Source: Chiloscyllium plagiosum (Eukaryota). From it: DNA of 36,383 nucleotides. Location of the stretch: the NCBI RefSeq assembly GCF_004010195.1, contig NC_057718.1, positions 105,710,297 to 105,746,679 on the forward strand. Direction: 5' to 3'. Shown one piece after another: positions 33,465 through 36,383 of this stretch. The stretch's first letter is position 1. Each line of letters begins with the position of its first letter. The position numbers and the translations under genes were made by a program. Under the pieces are notes generated by a model. That model saw only the letters and a program-made list of their open reading frames with translations, was not told where the DNA came from and did no database searches.

Positions 33465-34429
33465 CCACCTTGTTCACATTCCCCTGTAGATTCCCTTCCT
33501 ACAACTCTCTGGATCCTCCCTCTTTCCCAGAACTGTTGAATTGTTCAATCTCCAACCTCCCTGCTCACCTCTCCCCACACCCCTCCACACCCCTCTCTCT
33601 GTCAGCTCTGTGGGATCTTGCTGTTCCTGCCTGAAGATCAATCTGTCTTCAGCTGTTTTATAATGACCTTCTTTCCATCATAAGGGCAGAAGTTGGGATG
33701 TTCGCTGATGATTGCACCAATGTTCAGCACCATTCGTGACTTCTCAGATACTGAAGTAGTCCATGTTCAAATGCAACAAGCTCTGGACAATATCCAGGCT
33801 TGTGTTGACACGCGTCAAATATATGTCACACAAATGCCAGGCTATGACCATCACCAATAACAGACACTCTAACCACCGCAACATGCCATTCAATAGTATT
33901 ACCAACATTGAATATCCCAGTAGCAATATCTTGGGAGTCATCATTGATCACAAACTCAACTGGACTCACCACATAAACAACAGTGGATACAGGAGCAGGT
34001 CAGTGGCTAGCATTACTGTGGCAAGTAACTCACCTCCTGACTCCCCAAAACCTGTCCACGATCAACAAAGCACAAGTCGGAAGTGTAATGGAATACTCCC
34101 CACTTGCCTGGATGGGTGAAGGCAACATTCAAGAAGCTTGACACCATCCAGGACAAAGAAGCCCGCTTGATTGGCACAGCATCCACAAACATCTACTTCA
34201 TCACCTCCATAGCAGCAGCGTGTACTATCTACAAGATGTACTGGAAGAATTCACTCAAGATCCTCAGACATCACCTTCCAATCCATGATCACTTCCATCT
34301 AGAAGGACAAGGGCAGCAGATACATGGGAACACCACCTAAGCCACTCACCATCCTGACTTGGAAATATATCGCCATTTTTTTCAGTGTCGCTGAGTCAAA
34401 ATCCTGGAATTCCTTCCCTAATGGCATTC

Positions 34430-34912
34430 TGGAATGTGCTGTCAGGGTATTAGTGGAAGCAGATTATGATAGGGGTGTTTAAGGTGCTTTTAGATAAGCA
34501 CATGAATAAGTAAGTAATGGAGGAATATGGATCGTGGGCAAGCAAAAAGGATTAGTTTAATTTGGCATCATAGGACATAGAACATTACAGTGCAGTACAG
34601 GCCCTTCAGCCCTCGATGTTGCACTGACCTCTGGAACCAATCTGAAGCCTATCTATCCTACCCTATTCTGTTATCACCCATATGTTTATCCAATGACTAT
34701 TTAAATATCCTTAAAGTTGGCGAGTCTACTACTGTGGCAGGCAGTGTGTTCCATGCTTCTACTACTGAATAAAGAAACTACCTCTCATATCTGTCCTATG
34801 TCTAACACCCCTCAATTTAAAGCTATATCCCCTCATGCGAGCCATCATCATCCGAGGCACAACATCATGGGCCGAAGGGCCCATTCCTGTGCTTTACTAT
34901 TTCATGTTCTAA
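34430..34912. mobile_element. Plus-strand CR1 3' end interrupted by a minus-strand CR1 3' fragment (about 34570-34855)
   Basis: Outer piece gtttaaggtgcttttagataagcacatg...gggccgaagggcc; inner piece starts with a catagaacat tail. Confidence 0.65.
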
Positions 34913-35104
34913 AATGCAGAGCAAACAATTCCTAATTTATGACTGTGACTTAAACCAAAGCACTTTTAAAGCCCAAATACATCTGCTCAGCCATGATCAA
35001 AACAAACAAAAGCAAGATCATTTGACTCATCATGGATGGGAAAGAGAGAGTAAGAGAACAAAATTCTGAAGATCAAAATTTCGTATCACAATGTAGGTTA
35101 AATT

Positions 35105-35272
35105 ATGGAACATAGAACACTACAGCACAGAACAGTCCCTTCGGCCCTCGGTGTTGCACTGACCTGTGAACTATTCTCAGCTCGTCCGCTATACTATCCC
35201 AAAATCATCCATGTTATCTATGGATGGTTTAAATCTCCCTAATGTGGCTGAGTTGACTACATTAGCAGGTAG
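35105..35272 (-). mobile_element. CR1/HER1 3' end, cut by the Penelope-like insertion
   Basis: gaacatagaaca tail; homologous to 34572-34745. Confidence 0.7.
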
Positions 35273-36383
35273 AAAGTGAGGACTGCAGATGCTGGAGATC
35301 AGAGCTGAAAATGTGTTGCTGGAAAAGCACAGCAGGTCAGGCAGCATCCAAGGTACAGGAGAATCGACATTTCAGTCATGAGCCCTTCTTCAGGAATGAG
35401 GAAAGTGTGTCCAGCAGGCTAAGATAAGAGGTAGGGAGGAGGGACTTGGGGGAGAGGCATTGGAAATGTGATAGGTGGAAGGAGGTCAAGGTGACGGTGA
35501 TAGGCCGGAGTGGGGGTGGGGGCGGAGAGGTCAGGAAGATTGCAGGTTAGGAAGGCGGTGCTGAGTTCGAGGGATTTGACTGAGACAAGGTGGGGGGAGG
35601 GGAAATGAGGAAACTGGAGAAACTGGACCAGTTGCAATACCGTACATCTGCTCCCAGGAGGACCAGTTCCAATACCGTACAACCCAGATGGTCTCTTTCT
35701 TCAAAGACCGCAATTTCCCCCCAGACGTGATCGACGATGGCCTCCACCGCATCTCCTCCACTTCCCGCTCCTCCGCCCTTGAGCCCCGCTCCTCCAATCG
35801 CCACCAGGACAGAACCCCACTGGTCCTCACCTACCACTCCACCAACCTCCATATACATCGTATCATCCGTCGTCATTTCCGCCACCTCCAAACGGACCCC
35901 ACCACCAAGGATATATTTCCCTCCCCTCCCCTATCAGCGTTCCGAAAAGACCACTCCCTCCGTAACTCCTCGTCAGGTCCACACCCCCCACCAACCCAAC
36001 CTCCACTCCTGGCAACCGCAAGAAATGCAAAACTTGCGCCCACACCTCCCCCCTTACTTCCCTCCAAGGCCCCAAGGGATCCTTCCATATCCGCCACAAA
36101 TTCACCTGCACCTCCACACACATCATTTACTGCATCCGCTGCACCCGATGTGGCCTCCTCTATATTGGGGAGACAGATGTGGCCTTGGGGAGACAGGCCG
36201 CCTACTTGTGGAAGTTTCAGAGAACGCCTCTGGGACACCCGGACCAACCAACCCAACCAACCCAACGCTCAACATTTCAATTCCCCCTCCCACTCCACCA
36301 AGGATATGCAGGTCTTTGGACCCCTCCATCGTCAGACCACAGCGAAACAACGGTTGGAGGAAGAACGCCTCATCATCCGCCTA
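35273..36383 (+). mobile_element. Penelope-like retroelement family 1: inverted 3' end (pseudo-LTR) plus RT thumb and GIY-YIG endonuclease remnant; runs off the window
   Basis: 35273-35625 is the inverted terminal part, with a minus-strand HHR motif at 35362-35397 (CTGAAGA-A-GGGC(tcat)GACT-GAAA-TG-TC). From about 35645 the plus strand reads ICSQEDQF...PLVLTYH...KKCKTC...FTCTSTHIIYCIRCTRCGLLYIGET, with frameshifts. Confidence 0.9.

Larger units (their letters stand above)
32160..34430 (+). mobile_element. CR1-clade LINE (lineage B) RT fragment split by a ~1.1-kb composite insert
   Basis: FGFHQG.SAPDLIT...ALDIKAAFDSVWH in 32200-32355. The reading resumes at about 33640 with ND....MFADDC and ends KSWNSLP at about 34400. 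Confidence 0.8.

Noticed and set aside
35419..36350. Several overlapping G-rich minus-strand ORFs
   Set aside because: They are antisense frames of the C-rich PLE coding strand and lack stops because of base composition.
25574..36383. Upstream EHBP1 NPF exon
   Set aside because: No NPF-encoding spliceable segment was seen; presumably outside the window.

Overview
This is a eukaryotic window from a cartilaginous fish, probably a carpet or bamboo shark judging by its repeat families (recognised by eye, not by database search). It lies inside the EHBP1 gene on the minus strand. Two coding exons are present (25312-25573 and 21419-21632); they splice in frame and encode three NPF motifs. The rest is intron, densely filled with decayed retroelements: HE1/V-SINEs with (AATCT)n tails, a second tRNA-derived SINE family, a DeuSINE-like copy, CR1/HER1 LINE fragments, an L1/Tx1-like 3' end, a solo LTR, Tigger-like MITEs and at least four Penelope-like (PLE) families. 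The most notable signal is a set of about ten minimal hammerhead-ribozyme (HHR) motifs, from intact to decayed, carried by the PLE-derived pieces. Three unrelated ~90-bp mini-insertions each have their own target-site duplication (TSD) and start at the 5' edge of the HHR core. A 185-bp fold-back element inverts at the same point. Almost all ORFs in the supplied track are spurious or retroelement remnants. Coordinates of old repeats are approximate.
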